A stretch of DNA of 64,000 bases from Chthoniobacterales bacterium (GCA_038207335.1 JBBQZX010000008.1:64001-128000); one strand, 5' to 3'; numbered from the stretch's first letter, positions 17,722 through 27,151 are shown. Notes: generated by a model not told the origin, from the letters alone. Numbers and translations are program-made.

Positions 17722-20019
17722 ATGCACCTCCGGCTCCCCCACTTTGCCCTGATTTTCCTCGCACTCCTGACGTGCCTGCGCGCGCACGGGCAGGACCCGT
17801 TTGCGGCGTCTCCGGTGCCCACTTTCAACTTCACGGAGACCGTGACCGAGTCTCTGGATGCAGACGATGAATCCATCTATAAAGGCGGACTGCACATCAA
17901 AGGGCGTGTCTCGATGGCTGGCATCGACCTGAGCACGATCGATGGGGACACGCTGTTCGAGATTTACATCGAGACCTCGCAGCTCGATGAGGACGATCTG
18001 GATCTCTACACGACGCTGGATGGCGGTTCGGATTTCGATGACATCGGGCCTGTGATCGCCGGCTCGATCGCCCAGAAGACGCTCACATTCCAGATCAACA
18101 GCGCAGACTCGGACAAGCTCGATGGCGTCGGAACGCTGAAGATCACTTGGAACGCGACGGAGATGAATTACGCGATCGATATCACCAACGGCTCCACGGA
18201 GTACTCGGTGCTCGCGCAGTCGCTTGCGGACGAGTACACCGAAGATGAAGGGTATCAGGACATCGCGACGCTCGACGTGATCTTTGCGGAGCACGAACTG
18301 TCGTATCGCACAATCTACGTGAGCGGCACTGCGAGGGTCGTCTACGATGCCAACGACAATCCGCTCGCCCGCGAGAATATCAGCGGCGCGATCGATTCCG
18401 CAGCGCCGCGAGTAACGATTTCGAATCCCGCGGCGCAGTTGAAATTCAACATCAAGCCTTACGTCGCGAGTGGCACCGCCACGGATGAGCATCTCTCGCG
18501 GGTCGAGGTGACCCTGAATAGCGATACGCCGATCGTCGCGACGCTGAGTGGTGAAAACTGGTCCGTGTCCCTTTCGAATTTTAAGATTGGGGAAAATCGG
18601 ATCGTCGTGACTGCCTACGACGAAGATGAAAACAGCACGGCCACTGCGCCGCGAAAATTCACCTACTACCCGGGGAGCACGCTCACGGTACGAGCGGCGG
18701 GGCCGGGCTCCGGGTCTGTGACGAGCGGGTATTTCAAGACGCTAAACTACCCCGCGAACTCGCAGGCGGTGTCGATCGGCCAGCGCGTCGAGGGGACCAA
18801 GCAGACGGTCACCGCGACCGCAAATTTCCCGGCGTCTGTTTTCGATGGGTGGACATCGGTGCCGCCGCTGTGGATGGACGAGGACGCTAGCGCGTCGAAA
18901 CTCACCTTCCGAATGCAGCCGAATCAGGTGCTCACCGCACACTTCATCCTGAATCCATTTCTCGGCAAATTCGGGAAATTCTCCGGCCTCGTACGGCCGA
19001 ATGCGACGGGCGGCGCGCAGGGCTTCGTCGCGTTGAAAATCACGAACAAGGGAACTTTCACTGGGAAATTCAAGATCGGTAAGATCAGCGTGCCGGTGAA
19101 GGGCAGCCTGGCGAATTCCCTGCAATTCAGCCGGACATTCACCGTCGCAGGCGTGCCGTATGCGGTGACGTTCGCGTTGACTGACCTGCCGAGCGGCGCG
19201 CACCAAGTCACGGGGTCGATCAATGGCGGGGGGATTGATTCGAGCATCGCCGCGGATCTCTCGACCTTCTCGAAAAGCGCGCCTGCGCCACAGGCTGGGA
19301 GCTACAATGTGCTGCTGCCGGCGGCTGCCGGAGCGGGCGCGGACTTCCCGGTCGGCGTCGGTTTTGGGCGGGTGAAAGTTAGCGTTAAGGGGCTCACGAA
19401 ATTTGTCGGGAAGCTGGGCGACGGCACCGTGGTCAGCTTCGGCACGACGCTTTCAGCGGACGGCGTCTGGCCGTTCTTCGCCGCGCTCTACGGAAAAACG
19501 GGTTCGATCTCCGGTTCGGTCACTTTCGATGATAGCGATCTCGATCACGATCTCAGTGGCACGCTCGATTGGACGCGTCCGCCTGGCATTGGAAAAGTGC
19601 ATCGCACAGGCTTCAGCGGACAAAGCGACCTCATCGGCGCGCGCTATGCGAAGCCCGCGACGGGGCTGATCTTCCTGACTCCCAACGGCGCGGGCCTCCT
19701 TTCACTGGATGCGCCAGCGGCGACCGTGCCGATGCTGCCGACGTTTTCCACCGACCCCGATTTGAGCGTGACTCTCGCGCCCGTCGAGTTGCAAAGCACC
19801 GTTACAATCGGTGACGCCACGCTCGGGGTGAAAGTGAAGATTTCAGGCGGCTCGGGACTCTTCAGCGGGAGCTTTAACGATCCGGCGCAAGCGGGCAAAA
19901 CGCTGAAATTCAGCGGCGCGATCGTGCAGAAAAACGTGAACGCCGCGGGCGGTCTCTTCATCCGTGGCGACCGCACCGGCGCGGTTCAGATCGCCGCACC
20001 GCCGGAACAGAATAACTGA
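17722..20019 (+). CDS. Secreted surface protein: acidic N-domain, Ig-like domain, InlB B-repeat-like segment, Gly-rich beta C-terminal module
   Basis: Signal peptide; SGTATD...VEVTLN...WSV...GENRIVVTAYD (Ig-like); G.GSV...TVTA...FDGWT...LTAHF (B-repeat-like); repeated G.F.G strands. Confidence 0.7.
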   Translation: MHLRLPHFALIFLALLTCLRAHGQDPFAASPVPTFNFTETVTESLDADDESIYKGGLHIKGRVSMAGIDLSTIDGDTLFEIYIETSQLDEDDLDLYTTLDGGSDFDDIGPVIAGSIAQKTLTFQINSADSDKLDGVGTLKITWNATEMNYAIDITNGSTEYSVLAQSLADEYTEDEGYQDIATLDVIFAEHELSYRTIYVSGTARVVYDANDNPLARENISGAIDSAAPRVTISNPAAQLKFNIKPYVASGTATDEHLSRVEVTLNSDTPIVATLSGENWSVSLSNFKIGENRIVVTAYDEDENSTATAPRKFTYYPGSTLTVRAAGPGSGSVTSGYFKTLNYPANSQAVSIGQRVEGTKQTVTATANFPASVFDGWTSVPPLWMDEDASASKLTFRMQPNQVLTAHFILNPFLGKFGKFSGLVRPNATGGAQGFVALKITNKGTFTGKFKIGKISVPVKGSLANSLQFSRTFTVAGVPYAVTFALTDLPSGAHQVTGSINGGGIDSSIAADLSTFSKSAPAPQAGSYNVLLPAAAGAGADFPVGVGFGRVKVSVKGLTKFVGKLGDGTVVSFGTTLSADGVWPFFAALYGKTGSISGSVTFDDSDLDHDLSGTLDWTRPPGIGKVHRTGFSGQSDLIGARYAKPATGLIFLTPNGAGLLSLDAPAATVPMLPTFSTDPDLSVTLAPVELQSTVTIGDATLGVKVKISGGSGLFSGSFNDPAQAGKTLKFSGAIVQKNVNAAGGLFIRGDRTGAVQIAAPPEQNN

Positions 20020-20113
20020 TCGCCGTCGTCCCGTGATTCGGAAGTAGTAGGAGAATCACCCGGAGACGTCGGGCTTGGCGCCATTCGTGCCCAAGTCATT
20101 AGATCCCCGGTGT

Positions 20114-20130
20114 TCAGATCGCCGATCTGA
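20114..20130. other. Perfect hairpin between convergent genes (possible terminator or binding site)
   Basis: TCAGATC-GCC-GATCTGA. Confidence 0.35.
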
Positions 20131-20144
20131 CTTGTGAAGCCACT

Positions 20145-20555
20145 TTACCGCAGGGCTTGCGCGATCCGACTGAGTGTTCGCTCAGCCCGCTTCGGAATTA
20201 GCGCGCATTCCCAAATCCGCAGGACTGTCCACCCGGCTTTGCGCAGGGTGCGCGTGACCTCCCGGTCGCGCGCCGCGTTGCGTGCGAGCTTGGCTTTCCA
20301 AAAATCGCGGTTGCCCGCCGGCGTCGTCGCGTGGCGCGGACATCTGTGCCAAAAGCAGCCATCGACGAACACCGCCACGCGCTCGCGCCGGAAGACGAAA
20401 TCGGGTTTGCCGAAAACGCGCGCGTTCCGCCGCCAGCCGGTGATGCCGTATTCGCGCATCAGCGCGATGAAGCGGAGTTCCGTAGCGCGGTTGCCGCTCG
20501 AGCGGATGAGCGACATGACGGCGCTGCGCTTCGCCTTGGTGAAGACATCAGCCAT
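20145..20555 (-). CDS. vsr: Very short patch repair endonuclease Vsr
   Basis: MADVFTKAKRSAVMSLIRS, GKPDFVF, VFVDGCFWH.C, FWKAKLARNAARD, GWTVLRIWEC. Confidence 0.93.
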   Translation of the reverse strand: MADVFTKAKRSAVMSLIRSSGNRATELRFIALMREYGITGWRRNARVFGKPDFVFRRERVAVFVDGCFWHRCPRHATTPAGNRDFWKAKLARNAARDREVTRTLRKAGWTVLRIWECALIPKRAERTLSRIAQALR

Positions 20556-20919
20556 CGGCGCGCGCACCGTAGTCGGCGGCGATTTGGAAACGGCGGGCGG
20601 TTTCGTCGTCCTCGTGTGTGTGCATCCGGTCGTAGAGGCCCGACCATTGGGCGGCGCAGGGGTAGAGTTCTTCGTCGGCGAGTTCACCCGCGTCCGCCCG
20701 GCGCCACGCCTCGGCGGCGAAGCGTTTCAGCACGCGCGGCCAACCGCTCCCGGCGTCTTCGTAGCCATCGGGATGCAGGCCGGGGAAGGCGTAGGCGACG
20801 GCGCACCATGCGCGTAGGAAGGCCGGTTTAGGGAGTTGTTCGACTTGCGCGGTTAAGGCGTGGCGAAGCTCGCGGCCAGCGCCGCGAAGCGTTGAAGGAA
20901 CGACGATGTCGGTGCTCAT
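20548..20919 (-). CDS. Hypothetical protein (123 aa) inside the RM cassette
   Basis: Fills the gap between the nuclease and vsr, overlaps the vsr start by 8 nt, protein-like composition; no family recognised. Confidence 0.55.
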   Translation of the reverse strand: MSTDIVVPSTLRGAGRELRHALTAQVEQLPKPAFLRAWCAVAYAFPGLHPDGYEDAGSGWPRVLKRFAAEAWRRADAGELADEELYPCAAQWSGLYDRMHTHEDDETARRFQIAADYGARADG

Positions 20920-20983
20920 ACGTCATCTCGCTACCAGGTCGTCATCCGCTTGCCAGGAAAAATCTTGCGCCTCCGAGAAAAAA

Positions 20984-22291
20984 TCAGCCGCACGCCTCGA
21001 CCGTGTCGAGCTGGCGGTAAATGGCGGTGAGGTCGGCCGAACGAATGCGGAACTGGCTGCGACGCTTGAGCCGGGGCGCGGTGGTCGATGCGGCTTCGAG
21101 TTTGATTCCCGGATCGTAATACACCGTGCCGGCGGCGAACGCCGCGAGCAGCCAGAGGAAATCCGGCTGCCCGGCGAGCCGCACGCGCCCGCCGTAACGG
21201 TATTGCCGCGCCGGTTCCGTGCGGTTCTCCGAGGGAACGTAGGCGGCGTGAGCATGCTTGCGCGTCCAGTGCTGCATCAGCCCCGCGAAATCCCACGATG
21301 CGGCGACGGTGCCGGCGTCGTCCACCAAGGCGACGCTTCCCTTTTTGTCGGTGATGACGCCGCCCGCGTAACCGGGCAGCGTCAAGGTCAGCCCAGTTCC
21401 TGCGTGCCGCTGGCCTGCGCGATGAAGTCCGCCGAAATTCAGGCGATCGTCGCGGCCCATCTTGTCCGCATAGCCATAGCGCCGGAGAAATGCGATGGGG
21501 CTTTCGTCGGCATAAACTCCGCCCGTCGGCTCGGGCGTCAGGAGAGTGATCCTTCCTGAATCTAGGCGGCTGAGTTCAGGAACGGTGTATTGCTTCACTT
21601 CGTAACCACGATAATCCGGCTCCGCTCTCCCATTTGGCCGCACTCCAAGCTCAGCCTCCAAAGTGTAGCCGCCGCAGTTGGGCGCATTGCACGGCAGAAG
21701 TTCTCCGCTGCTGCCGAGCCGTTTTGAATCAATCCAGCCAAGTCGGAAAATCCGGCAAAGCTCCGTAAGCAACAATTCGCGGTCGTCCGGTGCGCGGCTG
21801 CCGAGAGTCAAAGCCAGCTCCACAAAAACGCCGAGCGACGGCGCGAGTGCCAAGGCACGGAATTCGTATGCAAGGTCGGAGCTTCCGTCGGCAACAAAGC
21901 CGACGATCTGCCGCTCGGCAGTGACGCCTAGAAACAAGACGCGCCCCACCAACCGCTGGTTCAGCAATTCGTTTGGCGCTGCTGCGCTGCCCTTCAAGAA
22001 CCCTGAGAACCGAACTTCTGGATACTGCGGGTAGAGAATCAATTGCGCGCCCGGCGCTGGTGAAATACCGCCTGCATCGCTCAGCCATCCGAAATCGAGC
22101 ACCGCTTTATAGATAAGATTTTTCGGGCTGCTGTCCGGTCGAACTTCTCTAGTGGGAAACAAAGTCAGCGCCGTAAAGTCAGGCCCAAAATAAATCTGGT
22201 TCTTTGAATTGTCGTTCTCCGCGAGCGGCTTTGCATACAACCGAATGCAACCGACGCGAGAGAACAGAGAGCGGAGTTCATCCAGCTTCAT
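20984..22291 (-). CDS. MvaI/BcnI family restriction endonuclease
   Basis: NCGGYTLEAELGV.PN...PDYRGYEVK (PD-(D/E)xK), RITLLTPEPTGG, YYDPGIK, RRSQFR; N-terminal NDNSKNQIY...YPEVRFSGF domain. Confidence 0.85.
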   Translation of the reverse strand: MKLDELRSLFSRVGCIRLYAKPLAENDNSKNQIYFGPDFTALTLFPTREVRPDSSPKNLIYKAVLDFGWLSDAGGISPAPGAQLILYPQYPEVRFSGFLKGSAAAPNELLNQRLVGRVLFLGVTAERQIVGFVADGSSDLAYEFRALALAPSLGVFVELALTLGSRAPDDRELLLTELCRIFRLGWIDSKRLGSSGELLPCNAPNCGGYTLEAELGVRPNGRAEPDYRGYEVKQYTVPELSRLDSGRITLLTPEPTGGVYADESPIAFLRRYGYADKMGRDDRLNFGGLHRAGQRHAGTGLTLTLPGYAGGVITDKKGSVALVDDAGTVAASWDFAGLMQHWTRKHAHAAYVPSENRTEPARQYRYGGRVRLAGQPDFLWLLAAFAAGTVYYDPGIKLEAASTTAPRLKRRSQFRIRSADLTAIYRQLDTVEACG

Positions 22292-23415
22292 TTTTTCGCC
22301 TGCCTTTTCCTCGGTGCCTTTGAATACGTAACCGGTTTTTGCGTGAACTTGATGGGAGCGGCGTTCGGTTTTTCTGCCGCGGTGAGCACGAAGTCAGCAG
22401 GGACGTTCAATGGCTGCCGCAGAGTTCGGACAACGGCGGAGGCGATGCGCTCGACAACAGGAACGACTACCGAGTTGCCGAATTGCCGATACGCCTGCGT
22501 GTCGGACACCACGATTTTGAATGTCTCCGGGTAGCCCATGAGGCGAGCACATTCACGCGGTGTCAGCCGTCGCGGGATGCGCCCGCCGTTCTGCGCGATG
22601 AGGATCTCCGAGCCGTCCTTGTAGTAGCGCGCGCTGAGCGTGCGGGCGATGTCGCGCTCGGTGACGAGGCCGAAGCCGAAGCCGTTGCCGGCGGCACGAT
22701 GCTTGGCAGCGTAGTTCTGGAGGTAAGTCCAGAGATGGTCGGAGAGCGTGTATTTCGGTTCCGGTTTCGGTTCGAGAATGCTGCCGAGCTTGGGGCCATC
22801 GGCGGGAAATTTCGGGAACTCGAAATACCGCCATTCGCGGAAGCCGACGACGAAGATGCGCTCGCGGTGCTGGGGGACGACGCTCTGCGCGTCGATGATC
22901 TTGTGATAGACGGTGTAGCCGAGCGCTTCGGTGAGGGTGCGGTGGATGATCTCGAAGGTTTTGCCGCCGTCGTGGCCCTTGAGGTTCTTGACGTTCTCCA
23001 GGACGAACGCGGCGGGGCGGTGGAAGTCGAGGATGTCGGCGATGGAGAAGAAGAGGTTGCCCTGCTTGATATCCTCGAAGCCGTGCTTGCGGCCCAGGCT
23101 CAGCTTCTTCGACACGCCCGCGATGCTGAACGGCTGGCAGGGGAAGCCGCCGCAGAGGATGTCGTGCGCGGGGATGTCGGCGACGGCGATGCTGTGGATG
23201 TCGCCATGCGGTCGCTCGCCGAAATTGGCCTCGTAAGTCTGCTGGCTGAATTTGTCGTAGTCGGAGGAGAAGACGCACTGGCCGCCCACCTTCTCGAACG
23301 CGATGCGGAATCCGCCGATGCCGCAGAAGAGGTCGATGAAGCGCGGCGCGGTGGCGCCGTACGTCGGGGACTCTTCGCGAACTCGCGCGCCTTCTCCTTC
23401 GGGCCGCTTTCTCAC
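22288..23415 (-). CDS. dcm: DNA (cytosine-5) methyltransferase, Dcm/EcoRII-like (probable CCWGG)
   Basis: FIDLFCGIGG, GGFPCQPFS, ENVKNL, QHRERIF; target-recognition segment TLSARYYKDGSEILI as in Dcm/M.EcoRII; YRQFGNSV. Confidence 0.92.
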   Translation of the reverse strand: MRKRPEGEGARVREESPTYGATAPRFIDLFCGIGGFRIAFEKVGGQCVFSSDYDKFSQQTYEANFGERPHGDIHSIAVADIPAHDILCGGFPCQPFSIAGVSKKLSLGRKHGFEDIKQGNLFFSIADILDFHRPAAFVLENVKNLKGHDGGKTFEIIHRTLTEALGYTVYHKIIDAQSVVPQHRERIFVVGFREWRYFEFPKFPADGPKLGSILEPKPEPKYTLSDHLWTYLQNYAAKHRAAGNGFGFGLVTERDIARTLSARYYKDGSEILIAQNGGRIPRRLTPRECARLMGYPETFKIVVSDTQAYRQFGNSVVVPVVERIASAVVRTLRQPLNVPADFVLTAAEKPNAAPIKFTQKPVTYSKAPRKRQAKK

Positions 23416-23639
23416 TGCTCCACACCGGTAAAGAGTTCGGCCAGCGAGAGGCGAAACGCCTTCGCCAGCTGCCCGACGATGAGCATCGACGGATTCCGCT
23501 CCCCGCGCTCGATGTCGCTGATGTAGGTCTGATCGAGATCGGCCTTCTCGCCGAGATTCTCCTGCGTCAGGCCTTGGCTTTCGCGCAGGCCGCGCACGCG
23601 GCGACCCAAGGCGGTGAGGAGTGGATCGCGTCTCGGCAT
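23412..23639 (-). CDS. XRE-family HTH regulator, probable RM controller (C) protein
   Basis: LGRRVRGLRESQGLTQENLGEKADLDQTYISDIERGERNPS; stop overlaps the methylase start. Confidence 0.85.
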   Translation of the reverse strand: MPRRDPLLTALGRRVRGLRESQGLTQENLGEKADLDQTYISDIERGERNPSMLIVGQLAKAFRLSLAELFTGVEQ

Positions 23640-23677
23640 GACGCGGAGTGTGCGTGGCGCGCTCCGCGAAGTTTATT

Positions 23678-23688
23678 GACGATCAGTT
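23678..23688 (-). promoter_or_regulatory. Candidate C-box upstream of the controller gene
   Basis: AACT-GAT-CGTC matches 6 of 8 positions of the GACT-N3-AGTC C-box core, in an AT-rich patch about 40 nt upstream of the ATG. Confidence 0.35.
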
Positions 23689-23866
23689 ATATTTTTGAGT
23701 CGTGCCGCGTAGCTAGTTTTTCCCACGAAGGCCGAAAATTTCGGTCCGGCTGAAATTCCCGACAACCGCGGCGTTGCCCGCGATCTTCACTTCGTAAAGT
23801 CCCCCCAACCCCCCGCGCCACCGAAATTCTTCCAAGGCTGACGTTCGTCCGCGCGATACCGCCGCC

Positions 23867-24319
23867 TCACTGCTCACGCTCGAGCGTCCGCCGGACTTGG
23901 CGCAGCGCGGTCGAGTATTCACTGGAATAAATCTGAAACCGGCGCACCGCATCATCCATCCCGGTGCCGAGTCCGCGCACGGCGTACGGCAGGCACGAGA
24001 GTCGATATTTTCCCGCCGACAGCTCGATCACCTGCACGACCACCCGGTCGGCCAGCTTGTCGTCATTCCAGTTTCCGTAGAGAACGCCATCAACACCGCT
24101 TGCATCGCGCTCGAACGTGAGGTCGTGGCGCACGTTGCTTGCGAGGTGAAAATTTCGGGCGACAAACGCGCCCGTCACTGCCGCCTCCACCTCGGTGCCG
24201 GAATCCGCAGTCACCACCACCGAAGCCGAGGGCGCACCGGAATGAAATACTGCGCACGAGGCGAAAAAGCTGACACTTGCGAGAAGGAAAATGAGATGCG
24301 GGAGGCGGCGGATATTCAT
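23867..24319 (-). CDS. Hypothetical lipoprotein
   Basis: MNIRRLPHLIFLLASVSFFASC lipobox-type signal; 150 aa. Confidence 0.7.
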   Translation of the reverse strand: MNIRRLPHLIFLLASVSFFASCAVFHSGAPSASVVVTADSGTEVEAAVTGAFVARNFHLASNVRHDLTFERDASGVDGVLYGNWNDDKLADRVVVQVIELSAGKYRLSCLPYAVRGLGTGMDDAVRRFQIYSSEYSTALRQVRRTLEREQ

Positions 24320-24384
24320 CGGGAAGAAATGTGCGAATAGCGGCGAAACCGCACTGCGACAAGCGCGCCGGCGCATCGCACCGC

Positions 24385-27123
24385 TCAGTCCTTTTCGAGA
24401 ATCGCGCGCATCTTCGCGCGCAGCGTTCCGGGTTTGAACGGTTTTTGCATGAATCCTGCGAGCCCGCGCCCGGCGAAATTCGCGATCGCCTCCTGCTCGT
24501 TGAAGCCGCTCATCAGCAGCACGCACATGTGCGGATCGATCCGTCGCAGCTCCACGAACGCCTCGGTGCCATCCATCTCAGGCATCGTGAGATCGAGCAG
24601 CACTGCTGTGAACCGCGACGGTGCCGCGCGAAACTTCTCCACGGCTTCACGCCCGTTCTCCGCCATCACCACGCTGAAACCGATCGACTCGAGCATCCGT
24701 CCCGCGATGCGGCGCACAGTCTCTTCATCATCGACGACCAGCACGCATCCGGAGCCGCGCCACGTTTCTTCGTCCGGCTCGGAAGGCGCGATATCCTCAG
24801 CGACCCCCTCGGCGCACGGCAGCAGCAGCGTGAAAGTCGTTCCTCTCCCCGGCTCGCTGTCCACCCGCAGCGCTGCGTGATGCCCGCGCACGATCCCGAG
24901 CACAGCTGCGAGACCGAGACCGCGCCCGGTAAATTTCGTGGTGAAAAACGGGTCGAAGATCTTGGCCCGGATATCGGCGCTCATGCCGCAGCCGGTGTCC
25001 CTTACCTCAAGGAAAACATAGCTGCCGGGTGCCAGGTCCGATCCGAGGTGTGCGCCGGAAAATGTCGCGCGATCGGCATTCCGCAGGCCGGTGCGAATCC
25101 CGATGACGCCGCTATTTTCACCCATCGCATCGGAGGCGTTGATCACGAGATTCATGATGATCTGGCGGAGTTGCGTGGGGTCGGCGGAGATGGCAGGAAG
25201 GCTGCACTCGTTGTGGCATTCAAGGGTCGCGTTTTTGCTGATCGAGACGCGCAGCAGCGGCGCCATCTCGGCGATGAGCTGGCTCAAATCGAGTTGCTGG
25301 ATGACGAATCGCGCCTTGCCCGAGTAGGCCAGCATTTGCTTGCACAGCTCCGCCGCGCGCTGTGAGACGCGCTCGATTTGATCAAGGTAGGTCTGGATCG
25401 GCGAGGCCGGCTCGAGGTCCATGCGCGCGAGGCTGGCGTTGCCGAGGATGCCGGTGAGGAGGTTGTTAAAATCGTGTGCGATGCCGCCCGCGAGCACGCC
25501 GAGGCTTTCGAGCTTTTGCGTCTCCTGGAGTCGTCGGTCGAATTCCGCGCGCTCCTCGACCGCCGCGCGCTGCGCGGTCACATCCATCACCGCCCCGATC
25601 ATGCGCGTCACCTTCCCCGAACTGTCGCGCAGCACATCGCCGCGCGATGTGAGCCAGCGAACTGTGCCATCCGGCCACACGATGCGATGTTCGTGGAAAA
25701 TCTCATCGCCGCGATCCCACGCTCCGCGATTCACCGAGTCGATGCGCTCATGTTCGTCCGGATGAAGGCAGCGGTGATACATTTCGTATGTGCCATCGAA
25801 CGCGCCCGGCGCGATGCCGAAAATACGCTCTGTCTCCGGCGACCACGTCACGCGATTCGACTCGCGGTCCCACTCCCAAGTGCCCAGCTCCGCCGCGGAA
25901 AGTGCGAGCCGCAGCCGCGCGCCCTGATCAATCCCTTCCTCGATCATTCGCTGGCGCTCGACGAGGTCTTCCTCGAGTGCGAGCTGCGTGGCGTGCAGCG
26001 CGGCGGTGCGCTCGCTCACGAGCTGCTCGATCGCGGCAGTGCGCTTCTGCGCGCCTCGCACCGAGCCGGTGCCGAGAGCCGTCAGCAACAGTCCGATGGC
26101 AAAAAACTCGTAAGGATAAAAGCACCGCTGAGCCGCAATCCATTCCGCCGCCGGACGACAAAGCAGTGTCCACTCACGCCCATTTTCGCGCAGAGGAAAC
26201 ACGCGATGCATCCCGCTCTCAAAGCTCGCAATCGTCCGCGGCATCTCAGGATTCGCGCCATTGGCCACGCTCACGACTAAGATTTGCTCCGGCTCGCTGG
26301 GCGTCCGGTCGGCAAGCAACAGATCGAGTGAGCGGTCAGGCAACCCGAGCAAATCGGAGTCCATCAGCGCGCTGAACCGGAACTCGCCGAGCAGCACGCC
26401 CAGCAGTTTTGCGCGCCTTTCTTCAACAGTCGGCGGCGTCGAATCGGCCGCATAAACGGGCATGAAAACAAGCCAGCCGGGCTCTCCATTTTCGCTGCCA
26501 TAAAGCGGCACGCGTGGCGTCGCCACACGCTTGGCGGAATCGATGGCGAGTTCGATCTCCCGCCGGTGCAGGCCGTGGAGAAAATCGCTGCCGAGCGCCG
26601 AGCGGAGATTCTCAATCGGCTCCGTATAAAGCGCGGGCGCGTATCCGTCGCTCACCGGCGCGGGTTCGAGCGGTGAGCCGGGCTCGTGCTGTCGATTGAT
26701 GAAAAATGGTTTTTGCAGCCCTTCTCGCACGCGCGCCTCGAACTCGGCGCGCTGCTCTTGCCGCACATACGGCAGCCATTGCAGCGAATGCACGCCGGGG
26801 TGCCGCGCGCGCAGGTCGGCAGCGGTCCGGCGGAACTCGTCGGCGGTGACCTCCTCGGAGGAATCGTAAAGATTCCACATCGTGAAAATCACCTCGTCGT
26901 GATCGAGCAGCGTGTCACGCAGCGCCTGCGCCTGGCTGTGCGCGCGCCACTCGAATTCCTGCCGCGTGCGCGCTTCTTCGGTCCTCCACACATACGCAAA
27001 CACAGCGCATGAAAGCGCGACGCCGCCGAGCCAGATGGATGCAATGACCATTGACCGCCGCACCAGCGGGGGCCGCGGGCCAGCCCCCATCGCTGCCGCT
27101 GTAATCGGAGCGCTCACAGCCAT
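24385..27123 (-). CDS. Hybrid sensor histidine kinase (CHASE-PAS-HisKA-HATPase-REC)
   Basis: TM-CHASE-TM; PAS (LHPDEH...HRIVWPDG); H-box LAGGIAHDFNNLL; N-box NLVINASDA; DTGCGM, GRGLGL; receiver LVVDDE, LLDLTMP. Start codon uncertain. Confidence 0.9.
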   Translation of the reverse strand: MAVSAPITAAAMGAGPRPPLVRRSMVIASIWLGGVALSCAVFAYVWRTEEARTRQEFEWRAHSQAQALRDTLLDHDEVIFTMWNLYDSSEEVTADEFRRTAADLRARHPGVHSLQWLPYVRQEQRAEFEARVREGLQKPFFINRQHEPGSPLEPAPVSDGYAPALYTEPIENLRSALGSDFLHGLHRREIELAIDSAKRVATPRVPLYGSENGEPGWLVFMPVYAADSTPPTVEERRAKLLGVLLGEFRFSALMDSDLLGLPDRSLDLLLADRTPSEPEQILVVSVANGANPEMPRTIASFESGMHRVFPLRENGREWTLLCRPAAEWIAAQRCFYPYEFFAIGLLLTALGTGSVRGAQKRTAAIEQLVSERTAALHATQLALEEDLVERQRMIEEGIDQGARLRLALSAAELGTWEWDRESNRVTWSPETERIFGIAPGAFDGTYEMYHRCLHPDEHERIDSVNRGAWDRGDEIFHEHRIVWPDGTVRWLTSRGDVLRDSSGKVTRMIGAVMDVTAQRAAVEERAEFDRRLQETQKLESLGVLAGGIAHDFNNLLTGILGNASLARMDLEPASPIQTYLDQIERVSQRAAELCKQMLAYSGKARFVIQQLDLSQLIAEMAPLLRVSISKNATLECHNECSLPAISADPTQLRQIIMNLVINASDAMGENSGVIGIRTGLRNADRATFSGAHLGSDLAPGSYVFLEVRDTGCGMSADIRAKIFDPFFTTKFTGRGLGLAAVLGIVRGHHAALRVDSEPGRGTTFTLLLPCAEGVAEDIAPSEPDEETWRGSGCVLVVDDEETVRRIAGRMLESIGFSVVMAENGREAVEKFRAAPSRFTAVLLDLTMPEMDGTEAFVELRRIDPHMCVLLMSGFNEQEAIANFAGRGLAGFMQKPFKPGTLRAKMRAILEKD

Positions 27124-27151
27124 TGAAATTACCGCTCGCCCACTCCCGCGG

